Assembly (NCBI GenBank): GCA_904374795.1
Contig: CAJFEV010000009.1
Location: 1 to 50,288 of the forward strand
Direction: 5' to 3'
Source: an uncultured Bacilli bacterium
GTDB lineage: Bacteria; Bacillota_I; Bacilli_A; RF39; UBA660
Length of the DNA: 50,288 nt
The notes under the pieces were generated by a model that saw only the letters and a list, made by a program, of their open reading frames with translations, had not been told where the DNA came from and ran no database searches. Of the stretch, positions 1 to 8,762 are shown one piece after another. The position numbers were made by a program, and so were the translations under genes. Numbering within the stretch: the stretch's first letter is position 1; every line of letters starts with the position of its first letter.

Positions 1-124
1 ATCCGTCTTTACCGATGTTTGTTATAATAACAAAAAAACATAAAGAAATCAAAAATTGAATCTTGAAATCTTTATGATTAACATTATACGTGATATAATA
101 TTTATATATTGAGAGTTGGTGTTT

Positions 125-982
125 ATGATGAAAAGCCTAAAAAAGATTCTTTTTCTTTTTCTTTTATGGATACCTTTTTGTGTTCAAGCAGAGTCTGGTA
201 TAGAAAATTTTTATGTCAATGCTGTTATTCAAGAAAATGGAGACATTACCGTCGAAGAATATTTTTATTTAAATGGCGAATTTAATGGAATGGATAGAGA
301 TATTTTATTTAAAAATGACGATGCCTATTCTTTTCGCCCGGAATTAGAATATTATGGTGGGAGTGATATTCATAATGGTTCAGGGATTACCTTAGAGGAG
401 ATTAGAGCTTTACCTATTGATGAAAATTTTGATTTTCAAAATATTTCTGGAGAACTTTTTAAAGAAGTATCGAGTGCAGATGCTGGTGACTATGGTGTTT
501 ATACAATAACTCGTTCTTCTGATGGTGCTTCTTATCGAATTTTTTTGCCGGATAGTAAAAATGAAGCTTTTTATTTAAAATATACTTTAAAAAATATGGC
601 TGTGGTTCATGATGACGTTGCTGAAATTTATTGGAATGTGATCGGGGATAGTTTGCGAGAGTCAATTGGAACTTTAAAAATTCGAATTACTTTTCCTAAC
701 AATCAAACTGAATTTCGTGTTTGGGCTCATGGTCCTTTACAAGGAGAAATACATAAAGTATCAAATCAAGTTTTAGTAGCTGAAGTTCATAATGTTTATA
801 GTTATCATGCTGTAGATATTCGAGCTGTTTTTGATAAGAGTGTGGTACCTTTATCCACTAAATTTACACATGTTACAGCCTTAGATAAGATTTTAAATTA
901 TGAAGAAGATATGGCAAATCAAGCTAATTATGAACGTGAGCAAAGAGAATATCAATATCAAGAAAAAGCTTATGAAACATAA
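125..982 (+). CDS. DUF2207-family membrane protein, N-terminal fragment (signal peptide plus extracellular domain); apparently split from 1189..2517 by a frameshift
   Basis: Signal peptide MKSLKKILFLFLLWIPFCVQA followed by IENFYVNAVIQENGDITVEEYFYLNG, typical of DUF2207 N-termini. ATG 125/128 preferred over TTG 116. An extended -10 (TGATATAAT) lies at 91-99. Ends at TAA 980-982 while frame 1 remains open into the next ORF. Confidence 0.6.
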   Translation: MMKSLKKILFLFLLWIPFCVQAESGIENFYVNAVIQENGDITVEEYFYLNGEFNGMDRDILFKNDDAYSFRPELEYYGGSDIHNGSGITLEEIRALPIDENFDFQNISGELFKEVSSADAGDYGVYTITRSSDGASYRIFLPDSKNEAFYLKYTLKNMAVVHDDVAEIYWNVIGDSLRESIGTLKIRITFPNNQTEFRVWAHGPLQGEIHKVSNQVLVAEVHNVYSYHAVDIRAVFDKSVVPLSTKFTHVTALDKILNYEEDMANQANYEREQREYQYQEKAYET

Positions 983-1188
983 CGTATTGTCAAAGAAATC
1001 ACACTCGTTCTTGTTATAATTCGGCTAAAAACTATACTAATTTAGTTACAGATGAAAAAGTTAAAGCAGATTTAGAAGAACAACTTTCAGATTTACTTAT
1101 TCTTGTTGTTGCCGAAGAAGAAAGTGATGCTAAAGAATATACTAATAACGCTCTAGAATATGTAGATTACTACTGGTATGATAAAGCT

Positions 1189-2517
1189 ATGGATGCTGTA
1201 ATGATTTTAGAAAATGAAACTTTAAAAAATACATTGCTTGATCAATTAGATACTGTGCGTTTAGAAATTACAGAAAATGAGGAAAAATATAATCAAAATG
1301 CCATTATAATTATATTTGTTTTACTTATTGGTACAGGGGCTTTTGTTATTCTTTTATATATTAAATGTGATAAAGAAATAAAAGTGGATTTTCCGCATAA
1401 ATATATGCGTGAATTTCCGGATGATTTTTCACCTTCAACTGTTGAATATCTATTTAAAAAGGAATTGACTGATAAATCAGTTACTGCAGAAATTTTATAT
1501 ATGGTTTGTCAAAAAAAGATTTTTTTAAAACAAATGGAAAATAAAAAAGATTATCTTTTAGAAAAAAATTCTCAATACATGGAATCATTAAATCCAAAAG
1601 AAAAATCTTTAATAGAATTTTTGTTTAATTCTGCAAATTCAGTTACGTTAAAAAAATTGAAAAATCGAAATTCCTATTCCTCTGTAAAAAAATGGGAAAA
1701 GCTTCAAGAAAAAATGTTGGATGAAGCTTTAAATGAGGAATTATATGTCAATGAAGAAAAAGAAGGCATAGCTAAAGAAAAAAGTAATGCTCCTTCTTTG
1801 ATCTTTGTAATTCTAATTTGGCTTTTGGTAGGCGGAATTTTTGATTTTCCTATTTTATCTATTGTTCTTATATTTATACTTTTGGCTTTTTGGAAGAAAA
1901 AAAATTCTATAAAAAATATTGTACAAAAGAAGAAAACCTTTGAAACCTATTTAAAATTAGGATCTCGAATTTTTTCTGTTTTTCTTATTTTCTTTTCAAT
2001 TTTAGGAATGATTCACTTATTTGTATATAATCATTTTATTCTTACAAGTATATATTTTTATCTTATCTTAATTTTAAGTGCGATTTTTTTATTCATTTAT
2101 GCAGGTATGGTTAAGAAAAGAACGGAAAAAGGTGCATTAGAATTTGCAAAATGGTCGGCATTTAAAAGATTTTTAGAGGATTTTGGAAGATTAGATGAAA
2201 AGGAATTACCTGAGGTTGTTTTATGGGAAAAATATTTAGTATATGCAGTTGTTTTAGGATGTGCAGATAAACTTTCTAAAACAATGCAAATCAAGATGCA
2301 AGAAATGAATATTCCGGAAAGTAGTTTTATAGATCCTTTTGTCTTCACACATTTTCATATGATTTCTTCATCAGTTTCCTCATCCGTAAGAAGTGCTCAT
2401 AGTTATACATCATCTTCATCGTCTGGCGGGAATTGGTCAAGTGGTTCAGGTGGCGGCGGAGGATTTTCTTCTGGCGGTGGCTTCGGCGGCGGAGGCGGCG
2501 GAGGCGGTCGCTTCTAA
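1189..2517 (+). CDS. DUF2207-family membrane protein, C-terminal fragment with Gly-rich tail
   Basis: KWSAFKRFLEDFGRLDEKELPEVVLWEKYLVYAVVLG motif, several TM helices and a SSSSSGGNWSSGSGGGGGFSSGGGFGGGGGGGG tail, as in full-length DUF2207 proteins. Positions 976-1188 are open in the same frame but contain no ATG/GTG/TTG. Confidence 0.65.
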   Translation: MDAVMILENETLKNTLLDQLDTVRLEITENEEKYNQNAIIIIFVLLIGTGAFVILLYIKCDKEIKVDFPHKYMREFPDDFSPSTVEYLFKKELTDKSVTAEILYMVCQKKIFLKQMENKKDYLLEKNSQYMESLNPKEKSLIEFLFNSANSVTLKKLKNRNSYSSVKKWEKLQEKMLDEALNEELYVNEEKEGIAKEKSNAPSLIFVILIWLLVGGIFDFPILSIVLIFILLAFWKKKNSIKNIVQKKKTFETYLKLGSRIFSVFLIFFSILGMIHLFVYNHFILTSIYFYLILILSAIFLFIYAGMVKKRTEKGALEFAKWSAFKRFLEDFGRLDEKELPEVVLWEKYLVYAVVLGCADKLSKTMQIKMQEMNIPESSFIDPFVFTHFHMISSSVSSSVRSAHSYTSSSSSGGNWSSGSGGGGGFSSGGGFGGGGGGGGRF

Positions 2518-2529
2518 AAAATAAATCAT

Positions 2530-2570
2530 GGCATCTGAAACTACGATTGTATTCAGGTGCTTTTCCTTTT
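2530..2570 (+). terminator. Rho-independent terminator after the DUF2207 gene
   Basis: Stem GGCATCTGAA (2530-2539) / TTCAGGTGC (2552-2560) followed by TTTTCCTTTTT. Confidence 0.6.
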
Positions 2571-2690
2571 TACATTAAAAAACATTTGATTCTCTTTCAG
2601 ATGTATTTCATAAAAATTATCCTTAAATTTCTTTGATATATATAATTCGTTTTTTGAGCAATTATTAAATAAAAAATGAATTTATGCTAT

Positions 2691-2719
2691 TTGCAAAGCA
2701 AATATATGTTTGCTATAAT
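2691..2719 (+). promoter_or_regulatory. Sigma-70-type promoter TTGCAA-N17-TATAAT for the small ORF, with palindrome AGCAAA-N6-TTTGCT in the spacer
   Basis: TTGCAA 2691-2696, 17-nt spacer, TATAAT 2714-2719. The spacer reads AGCAAATATATGTTTGC. Confidence 0.55.
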
Positions 2720-2781
2720 GATATCGGATACATTTGAATTCAGATGTTTCTCTTCAAAAGATTAAGAAGGGTGGTGATACT

Positions 2782-2859
2782 ATGAATAAAAGAGAAAAAT
2801 CCTTTTATTTCATAATATTACTGTTATTATTTATAATAATCTTATTATTAATAAAATAA
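2782..2859 (+). CDS. 25-aa hydrophobic peptide MNKREKSFYFIILLLLFIIILLLIK (candidate small membrane toxin-like peptide)
   Basis: ATG 2782 preceded by a strong RBS (AAGGGTGGTGAT, about 5-nt spacing) and a near-consensus promoter. One predicted TM helix. Below the 60-aa ORF-track cutoff. Confidence 0.4.
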   Translation: MNKREKSFYFIILLLLFIIILLLIK

Positions 2860-2974
2860 ATAAAGGCATCTGAAACAACTTGGTTGTATTCAGGTGCCTA
2901 TCAACATTTAAAAGGATAGCATCTGATTGTCCTTCAGATGTATCCGTTAAAAATTATAATCAAATTTCTTTGAT
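2852..2974 (-). ncRNA. Predicted ~120-nt antisense RNA convergent with, and overlapping the 3' end of, the small ORF
   Basis: Minus-strand promoter TTGAAA-N17-TATAAT (3009-2981). On the minus strand the long hairpin GGCACCTGAA..TTCAGATGCC (2898-2865) is followed by TTTATTTATTTTATT. Confidence 0.35.
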
Positions 2975-3050
2975 ATATACATTATATATGATTTTTTTCA
3001 TTTTTTCAATCAAAATTTTCATTGAATGACGAACAAATATATGCTATAGT
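2865..3050. repeat. Copy B of the ~190-bp duplicated hairpin-plus-promoter segment
   Basis: See copy A. Hairpins at 2865-2898 and 2920-2940, then the TTTCTTTGATATATA box and the uvrA P1 promoter. Confidence 0.6.
2981..3009 (-). promoter_or_regulatory. Minus-strand sigma-70-type promoter TTGAAA-N17-TATAAT
   Basis: Plus-strand ATTATA at 2981-2986 (TATAAT on minus), 17-nt spacer 2987-3003, plus-strand TTTCAA at 3004-3009 (TTGAAA on minus). Confidence 0.5.
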
Positions 3051-3085
3051 ATTTTTGCATATATTTGCTTTTTTTGTGGTAGAAT
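3022..3085 (+). promoter_or_regulatory. uvrA promoter region: TTGAAT-N17-TATAGT, a perfect 11-bp inverted repeat, and an extended -10 TGGTAGAAT
   Basis: TTGAAT 3022-3027, TATAGT 3045-3050. Inverted repeat CAAATATATGC (3034-3044) / GCATATATTTG (3057-3067). TGGTAGAAT at 3077-3085. Confidence 0.45.
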
Positions 3086-3112
3086 ATTAATGCTTTTAAA
3101 TGAGGTGTTGTA

Positions 3113-5923
3113 ATGGATAAGATTGTTGTTAAAGGGGCTCGTGAAAATAATTTAAAAAATATAGATATTGAGCTTCCAAAAAATAAATTAATTGTTATGA
3201 CTGGAGTTTCTGGAAGTGGTAAAAGTAGTTTGGCTTTTGATACGATTTTTGCTGAAGGACAAAGGAGATACGTGGAAAGTTTATCTGCTTATGCTCGTCA
3301 ATTTATTGGAAATGTAGAAAAACCTGATGTCGATAGTATTGAAGGATTAAGTCCAAGTATATCTATTGATCAGAAAACAACGAATAAAAATCCACGTAGT
3401 ACGGTTGGAACAATTACAGAAATTTATGATTTTTTACGTCTTTTATTTGCACGTATTGGAGTACCATATTGTCCAAATCATCATATTCCTATTAAAAGTC
3501 AAAGTATAGAAGAAATGACGAATAAGATTATGGAATTTGATGAAGGGACGAAGCTAGAGATTTTAGCTCCTGTAATTCATGGTGAAAAAGGAACTCAAAA
3601 AGATTTGTTTGAAGATTTGCGTAAAGAAGGATATTCAAGGGTAAGAGTCGACGGGGATAACTTTAGTTTAGATGAAGAGATAAAACTAGAAAAAAACAAA
3701 AAGCATAATATTGAAGTGGTTGTTGATCGTGTTGTCGTTAAAGAAAGTGAACGAAGTCGTATTTTTGAATCGATTGAAACGAGTACAAAACTTGCTAGTG
3801 GAAAAGTTTTATTTCATGTGATCGGTGGAGAAGAAATTTTAATGAGTGAGAATTATGCTTGTGTGAAGTGTAATTTTTCCATTCCTGAACTTGAACCTAG
3901 ACTTTTTTCTTTTAATAGTCCTTATGGAGCTTGTCCTGAATGTAAAGGCTTGGGAACAAAGCTTAAAATTAGTGAAGACTTAATTATTCCTAATAAAGAG
4001 AAAAGTTTACATGAAGGAGCCATTGTTGCTTTCAATTTAGATAATAATATTCATAATCAATCTATGCAAGCCGTTTGTGATAAATATGGCATTGATATGG
4101 ATATGCCAGTTAAAGATATTCCTAAAGAAAAATGGAAAATTATTCTTTATGGTTCTCTTGAACCCGTAGAAATTAAATATGTTTCTAAAACAGGAAATGT
4201 TCGTTATACGAATGATTATTTTGAAGGGGTAATTCCTAATTTAGAACGAAGATATATGGAAACAACAAGTGCTTGGATTCGTGAATGGCTTGAAGGATTT
4301 ATGGTGGAAATGGATTGTCCAGTATGCCATGGAACGAGACTTCAAGATAGCGTTTTATCTATTTATATTAATAAAAAGAATATCTATGATATGACGATGA
4401 TGAGTATTAAAGAATTAAGAGACTTTTTACGTGGTTTAAAACTTACGAATGAACAAGAAAATATCAGTCGTCTTTTGTTAACGGAAATTGATAATCGTTT
4501 ATCCTTCTTAGTTAACGTTGGTTTGGAATATTTGACTTTGCATCGTAAAGCAGGAACCTTATCAGGTGGTGAATCACAACGAATAAGACTTGCCACTCAA
4601 ATCGGTAGTAAGTTATCTGGAGTATTGTATGTTTTGGATGAGCCAAGCATTGGACTTCATCAGAAAGATAATGAAAAATTGATTAAATCTTTAGAAGAAA
4701 TGCGTGATTTAGGAAATACTTTAATTGTTGTTGAGCATGACGAGGATACTATGCGTGCAGCAGATTATTTAGTGGAGATTGGTCCTGGAGCTGGAACCGA
4801 AGGTGGCAGGGTTGTTGCAACTGGTACACCTGAAGAAGTTATGCAAAATGAGCATAGTTTAACGGGTCGTTATTTAAGTGGAAAAGAAAGAATTGAAGTA
4901 CCTAAAAAACGTCGTAAGGGAAACGGTAAATATTTAGAAGTAGTTAAGGCTGAAGAAAATAATTTGAAAAAAATTAACGTAAAATTTCCTTTAGGTAAAT
5001 TTATATGTGTTACCGGTGTTTCTGGAAGTGGTAAAAGTACATTAGTAAATGAAATCTTGTATAAAACGGTTGCTAATCAGCTTTATCGTTCAAAAGAAAT
5101 TCCGGGTAAATGTAAAGAAGTTAAAGGTTTAGAAAATATTGATAAGGTAGTTATGATTAGTCAAGATGCGATTGGTCGTACGCCACGTAGTAACCCTGCA
5201 ACTTATATTGGTTTATTTGATGATATTCGTGATTTATTTGCTAATACTAAAGAGGCTAAAATGCATGGTTATGATAAAGGAAGATTTTCTTTTAATGTTA
5301 AAGGCGGAAGATGTGAAGCCTGCTTTGGAGATGGTGTTAAAAAAATTGAAATGCATTTTTTACCAGATGTATATGTTCCTTGTGATGTTTGTCATGGTAA
5401 AAGATACAATAAAGAAACACTTTCTATTACTTTTAAAGGAAAAAATATCAGTGATGTTCTTCATATGCGTGTGAATGAGGCAGCAACATTTTTTGAAAAC
5501 GTTCCAAAAATCAAACGAAAAGTAGATATTTTAATGGATGTTGGACTTTCTTATATTGAATTAGGACAAAGCGCTCCAACGCTATCCGGGGGTGAAGCTG
5601 GAAGAGTAAAACTTGCTAAAGAACTTCAAAAGAAACCTACAGGAAAAAGTTTATTTATTTTAGATGAGCCAACAACAGGTTTACATTCTGAAGATATTAA
5701 AAAATTGTTGGTAATTTTAAATCGTATTGTTGATAATGGGGATACTGTTATTGTGATTGAACATAATTTAGATGTTATTAAAGTGGCTGATCATATTATC
5801 GATTTAGGTCCTGATGGTGGAGTAGGAGGAGGGTCTGTTGTTGCCTCTGGTACTCCTGAACAAGTAAGCAAAGTAAAAGAGTCTTACACAGGACAATGGT
5901 TAAAAAAATACTTGGAAAGATAG
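3113..5923 (+). CDS. uvrA: Excinuclease ABC subunit A
   Basis: 936 aa. Two ABC modules with Walker A GVSGSGKSSLAFDT and GVSGSGKSTLV, signatures LSGGESQR and LSGGEAGR, and CxxC zinc-finger pairs. Confidence 0.97.
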   Translation: MDKIVVKGARENNLKNIDIELPKNKLIVMTGVSGSGKSSLAFDTIFAEGQRRYVESLSAYARQFIGNVEKPDVDSIEGLSPSISIDQKTTNKNPRSTVGTITEIYDFLRLLFARIGVPYCPNHHIPIKSQSIEEMTNKIMEFDEGTKLEILAPVIHGEKGTQKDLFEDLRKEGYSRVRVDGDNFSLDEEIKLEKNKKHNIEVVVDRVVVKESERSRIFESIETSTKLASGKVLFHVIGGEEILMSENYACVKCNFSIPELEPRLFSFNSPYGACPECKGLGTKLKISEDLIIPNKEKSLHEGAIVAFNLDNNIHNQSMQAVCDKYGIDMDMPVKDIPKEKWKIILYGSLEPVEIKYVSKTGNVRYTNDYFEGVIPNLERRYMETTSAWIREWLEGFMVEMDCPVCHGTRLQDSVLSIYINKKNIYDMTMMSIKELRDFLRGLKLTNEQENISRLLLTEIDNRLSFLVNVGLEYLTLHRKAGTLSGGESQRIRLATQIGSKLSGVLYVLDEPSIGLHQKDNEKLIKSLEEMRDLGNTLIVVEHDEDTMRAADYLVEIGPGAGTEGGRVVATGTPEEVMQNEHSLTGRYLSGKERIEVPKKRRKGNGKYLEVVKAEENNLKKINVKFPLGKFICVTGVSGSGKSTLVNEILYKTVANQLYRSKEIPGKCKEVKGLENIDKVVMISQDAIGRTPRSNPATYIGLFDDIRDLFANTKEAKMHGYDKGRFSFNVKGGRCEACFGDGVKKIEMHFLPDVYVPCDVCHGKRYNKETLSITFKGKNISDVLHMRVNEAATFFENVPKIKRKVDILMDVGLSYIELGQSAPTLSGGEAGRVKLAKELQKKPTGKSLFILDEPTTGLHSEDIKKLLVILNRIVDNGDTVIVIEHNLDVIKVADHIIDLGPDGGVGGGSVVASGTPEQVSKVKESYTGQWLKKYLER

Positions 5924-5942
5924 TTTTAGCTATCTTTTTTTT
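5917..5942 (+). terminator. Rho-independent terminator of uvrA
   Basis: AAGATAG (5917-5923) / CTATCTT (5930-5936) followed by a T-tract. Confidence 0.6.
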
Positions 5943-5975
5943 CTTATTTTCGATATACTTGTTTTAGAGGTTTAT

Positions 5976-7901
5976 ATGGAAAAATATTTAGTTAGAAAAA
6001 TTCGGAAAGATATGAAGAAAGAATATTGGGATAGTTTGATTCTTTTAAATAATCACAATATTTTTAAATATTCTTTAGCTTTGCTAGAATATGATATATT
6101 TCATTTTTATTTTAAAGGCAATTATGAATATCTTTTAAAGGCAATGGCTTGTTTAAGTGAATTTTCTACTAGTAATATTGTAACGAATGAGGTTTATGAG
6201 AGAATTCAGAATATTCGTGTTGAAATAAGGAAACGATTAGTAAATAAAAAATTAAAAGAGCAAAATAAAGCAAATTATAAGTTGTTAAAAAAGATTCTTG
6301 GACAAATAGAAGTTTTTTCTTTAACTTGTAATGAATTTATTGATAGAAAATATGATGGGAATAAGCTTGAATTACTTTATTATTTGATTTTTTCTATTAA
6401 AAATGTAAAGGTTTTACAAAACTTAATTCGAAAAAAACCTCATATGTTTAATCTTATGGATAAAAAGGCTTATGAGCTATTTAAAAAAATTATTAAAAAT
6501 TATACAGATATTACTAAAAAACACGTTGCTGATCCTAAAAAATATTTGGATGATTTATGTTATTATGATGAAGTTATAGAAATTATAGTTAGTCATGAGA
6601 TCAATCATTTATCTATTGGCGATTTGAAAAATTTGGTTACTTATTTTGAAGAGCTTCTTTCTTTGTATAATGGAAAAAATCAAGAAAGATATGTTTATTT
6701 TATTCAAAAATGGGAAGTTCGATTTTTAGAAGAGATTCAAAAAAAACTAAATTGGAATATTACACAGGTTGATAATAGATTTTTGGAAGATGTTTGTTAT
6801 GAGTTCTTTGTTGAAAAGAATTTTTCAATACCTGTAGAAAATGCTAGTAAAGTATGTTATTTAAAATATTGGCATATGCCAAGATCAGATCAAATGACAT
6901 CAATTTATACGGTTGATTCAGAAGGAGCTTTAGAACTTGATGATGGTTTTAGTTGTCAAAAAACATCTGACGGATATCGTTTAGGAATTCATATAGCTAA
7001 TCCATTAGTATATATTGATTTTTCTGGTCTTATTTTTAAAGAAGCTACTCGAAGAACTTCAACTCTTTATTTTGACTCTAACACTATTCCTATGTATCCT
7101 GAAATTTTATCTAAAAATTTATTTAGTTTAAATGCTGGATGTGTTCGAAAGGTTTTGAGTTTATATGTAAATATAGATTTTGCTAAGCAACAAATTCAAA
7201 ATATAGAATTTAAATTAGAAGATGTTTTTGTTGCAGGAAATGATACTTATAAAAATTGTGATTTGTGTATGCAAAGTCAAAATGGTTCGAATTCTTATTT
7301 AGATAATTTAAATAATTTAAGTGATATTTTTCCGCTTTTACTTCAATATTTTTCTATGGATAAAATTTATGAATATATGAATCGTACGACTTTTAATCTT
7401 TCAAATACTAATGTTGTTGGTAATACTAAAAGTGAAAAAATGGTTGAAAGTATGATGATTTTTATGAATAGGTATGTTGCTGAATTCGCTTTAAAAAAAG
7501 GATTTCCTTTTTTGTTTCGTAATCATGAATTGAAAAATATATATAAAGAAGATTTAGAAAGATATAAAAATCTATTGCAGAAAGAAAAAAATACACAAGC
7601 ATATTTAAATGAAATTGAAATTTTAAAAGGAAAGTATCCAAAAAGTTATTATGATGTAGTGAATCGAGGACATTTTGGATTAGGAATACCCACATATTCT
7701 CATATAACGAGTCCAATTCGAAGAATTGCTGATAATTATAATCAATTTATGTTAATGAAATGGTTAAGTAATGATACGTCAGATCAAGAATGGTATAAAT
7801 ACGAATTGATTTTAAAAGAAGTTGGTGAATATATTAATTATCAACAAAAACCTTTAGAAGCATTTTCAAAGAAAGTGCGGTCAAAAAAATACAACATCTA
7901 G
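5976..7901 (+). CDS. RNB-domain (RNase II/R family) exoribonuclease-like protein with an unrelated helical N-terminal ~300 aa
   Basis: TVDSEGALELDDGFS, GIHIANPLVYI, STLYFDSNTIPMYPEILS and GHFGLGIPTYSHITSPIRRIADNYNQ match RNB catalytic-domain motifs. Confidence 0.6.
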   Translation: MEKYLVRKIRKDMKKEYWDSLILLNNHNIFKYSLALLEYDIFHFYFKGNYEYLLKAMACLSEFSTSNIVTNEVYERIQNIRVEIRKRLVNKKLKEQNKANYKLLKKILGQIEVFSLTCNEFIDRKYDGNKLELLYYLIFSIKNVKVLQNLIRKKPHMFNLMDKKAYELFKKIIKNYTDITKKHVADPKKYLDDLCYYDEVIEIIVSHEINHLSIGDLKNLVTYFEELLSLYNGKNQERYVYFIQKWEVRFLEEIQKKLNWNITQVDNRFLEDVCYEFFVEKNFSIPVENASKVCYLKYWHMPRSDQMTSIYTVDSEGALELDDGFSCQKTSDGYRLGIHIANPLVYIDFSGLIFKEATRRTSTLYFDSNTIPMYPEILSKNLFSLNAGCVRKVLSLYVNIDFAKQQIQNIEFKLEDVFVAGNDTYKNCDLCMQSQNGSNSYLDNLNNLSDIFPLLLQYFSMDKIYEYMNRTTFNLSNTNVVGNTKSEKMVESMMIFMNRYVAEFALKKGFPFLFRNHELKNIYKEDLERYKNLLQKEKNTQAYLNEIEILKGKYPKSYYDVVNRGHFGLGIPTYSHITSPIRRIADNYNQFMLMKWLSNDTSDQEWYKYELILKEVGEYINYQQKPLEAFSKKVRSKKYNI

Positions 7902-7941
7902 AAAAATTGTGCTATAATCATGTATAGAATGGAGGATATAT

Positions 7942-8754
7942 ATGAATCCTGTTATGTTTAAAATTGGCAATTTTGAAATTATGTGGTATTCTTTTTTACT
8001 TTTAATTGGAGTAGTTGTTGGTATTGCTTTACTTTTAAAAGAAGGAAAAAAACAAAATTATCCGACGGATTTTTTATTTAATTTGTGTTTTTGGACGATT
8101 ATTTTTGGCTTTATTGGGGCGAGAGCTTATTATGTGATTTTTAATTGGAGTCAATATGCAAGTGATCCGATAAGCATTTTTAAAATTTGGGAAGGTGGAT
8201 TAGCTATTCACGGTGGTCTAATCGCTGGATTTATTACCATGACTTTATATTGCCGTAAGTATAATGTACGATTATTTAAGATTGTGGATATGGCAGTTCC
8301 AGGTGTTATTCTTGCTCAAGCAATTGGCAGATGGGGGAATTTCTTTAATATGGAAGCTCATGGGGGAATTGTTAGTCGATCTGTTTTAGAAAATTTACAT
8401 ATTCCAGAATTTGTTATTAATGGAATGTATATTAATGGTAATTATTATCATCCGACTTTTTTGTATGAATCCTTATGGTGTTTATTAGGATTTCTCGTTT
8501 TACTTATCGTAAGACATTATAAGTATTTAAAAGTAGGTGGATTAACCTGTGTATATTTGATTTGGTATAGTATTGGTAGATTTTTTATCGAATCCATGCG
8601 AACTGATTCTTTAATGCTTGGTGGATTTAAGGTTGCCCAAATTATTTCTTTTATTCTATTTATTATTGGTATTTTAGGTTTGATGATTCAATCACGTAAA
8701 GGAAAATTTGAAGATCTTTATAGTGAACCTAATCACGAAAGTATTCATTTTTGA
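7942..8754 (+). CDS. lgt: Prolipoprotein diacylglyceryl transferase
   Basis: 270 aa polytopic membrane protein with HGGLIAG and GRWGNFFNMEAHG motifs. Confidence 0.9.
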   Translation: MNPVMFKIGNFEIMWYSFLLLIGVVVGIALLLKEGKKQNYPTDFLFNLCFWTIIFGFIGARAYYVIFNWSQYASDPISIFKIWEGGLAIHGGLIAGFITMTLYCRKYNVRLFKIVDMAVPGVILAQAIGRWGNFFNMEAHGGIVSRSVLENLHIPEFVINGMYINGNYYHPTFLYESLWCLLGFLVLLIVRHYKYLKVGGLTCVYLIWYSIGRFFIESMRTDSLMLGGFKVAQIISFILFIIGILGLMIQSRKGKFEDLYSEPNHESIHF

Positions 8755-8762
8755 GGTAGAAA

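Larger units (their letters stand above)
2530..2719. repeat. Copy A of a ~190-bp duplicated segment (two CATCTGAA/TTCAGATG-type hairpins, TTTCTTTGATATATA box, then a promoter)
   Basis: Aligns by eye with 2865-3050. Shared: GGCATCTGAAAC..GTATTCAGGTGC, TTCAGATGTAT, AAAAATTAT..AAATTTCTTTGATATATA, CAAATATATG inside the promoter spacer. Confidence 0.6.

Noticed and set aside
2433-2636. 67-aa Arg-rich ORF (WRRRIFFWRWLRRRRRRRR)
   Set aside because: It is an alternative-frame reading of the GGC/GGA-rich Gly tail of the DUF2207 gene and runs through its terminator. It is a frame artefact.
3028-3044. LexA (Cheo) box upstream of uvrA
   Set aside because: Only the CGAAC half-site is present. The expected GTTCG half is replaced by ATATG, so I do not call a canonical SOS box. 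The possibility of a variant operator is kept as a finding.
4384-5474. ORFs 4384..4596(-) and 5166..5474(+) inside uvrA
   Set aside because: They are nested within a confidently identified gene, in other frames, with low-complexity translations.
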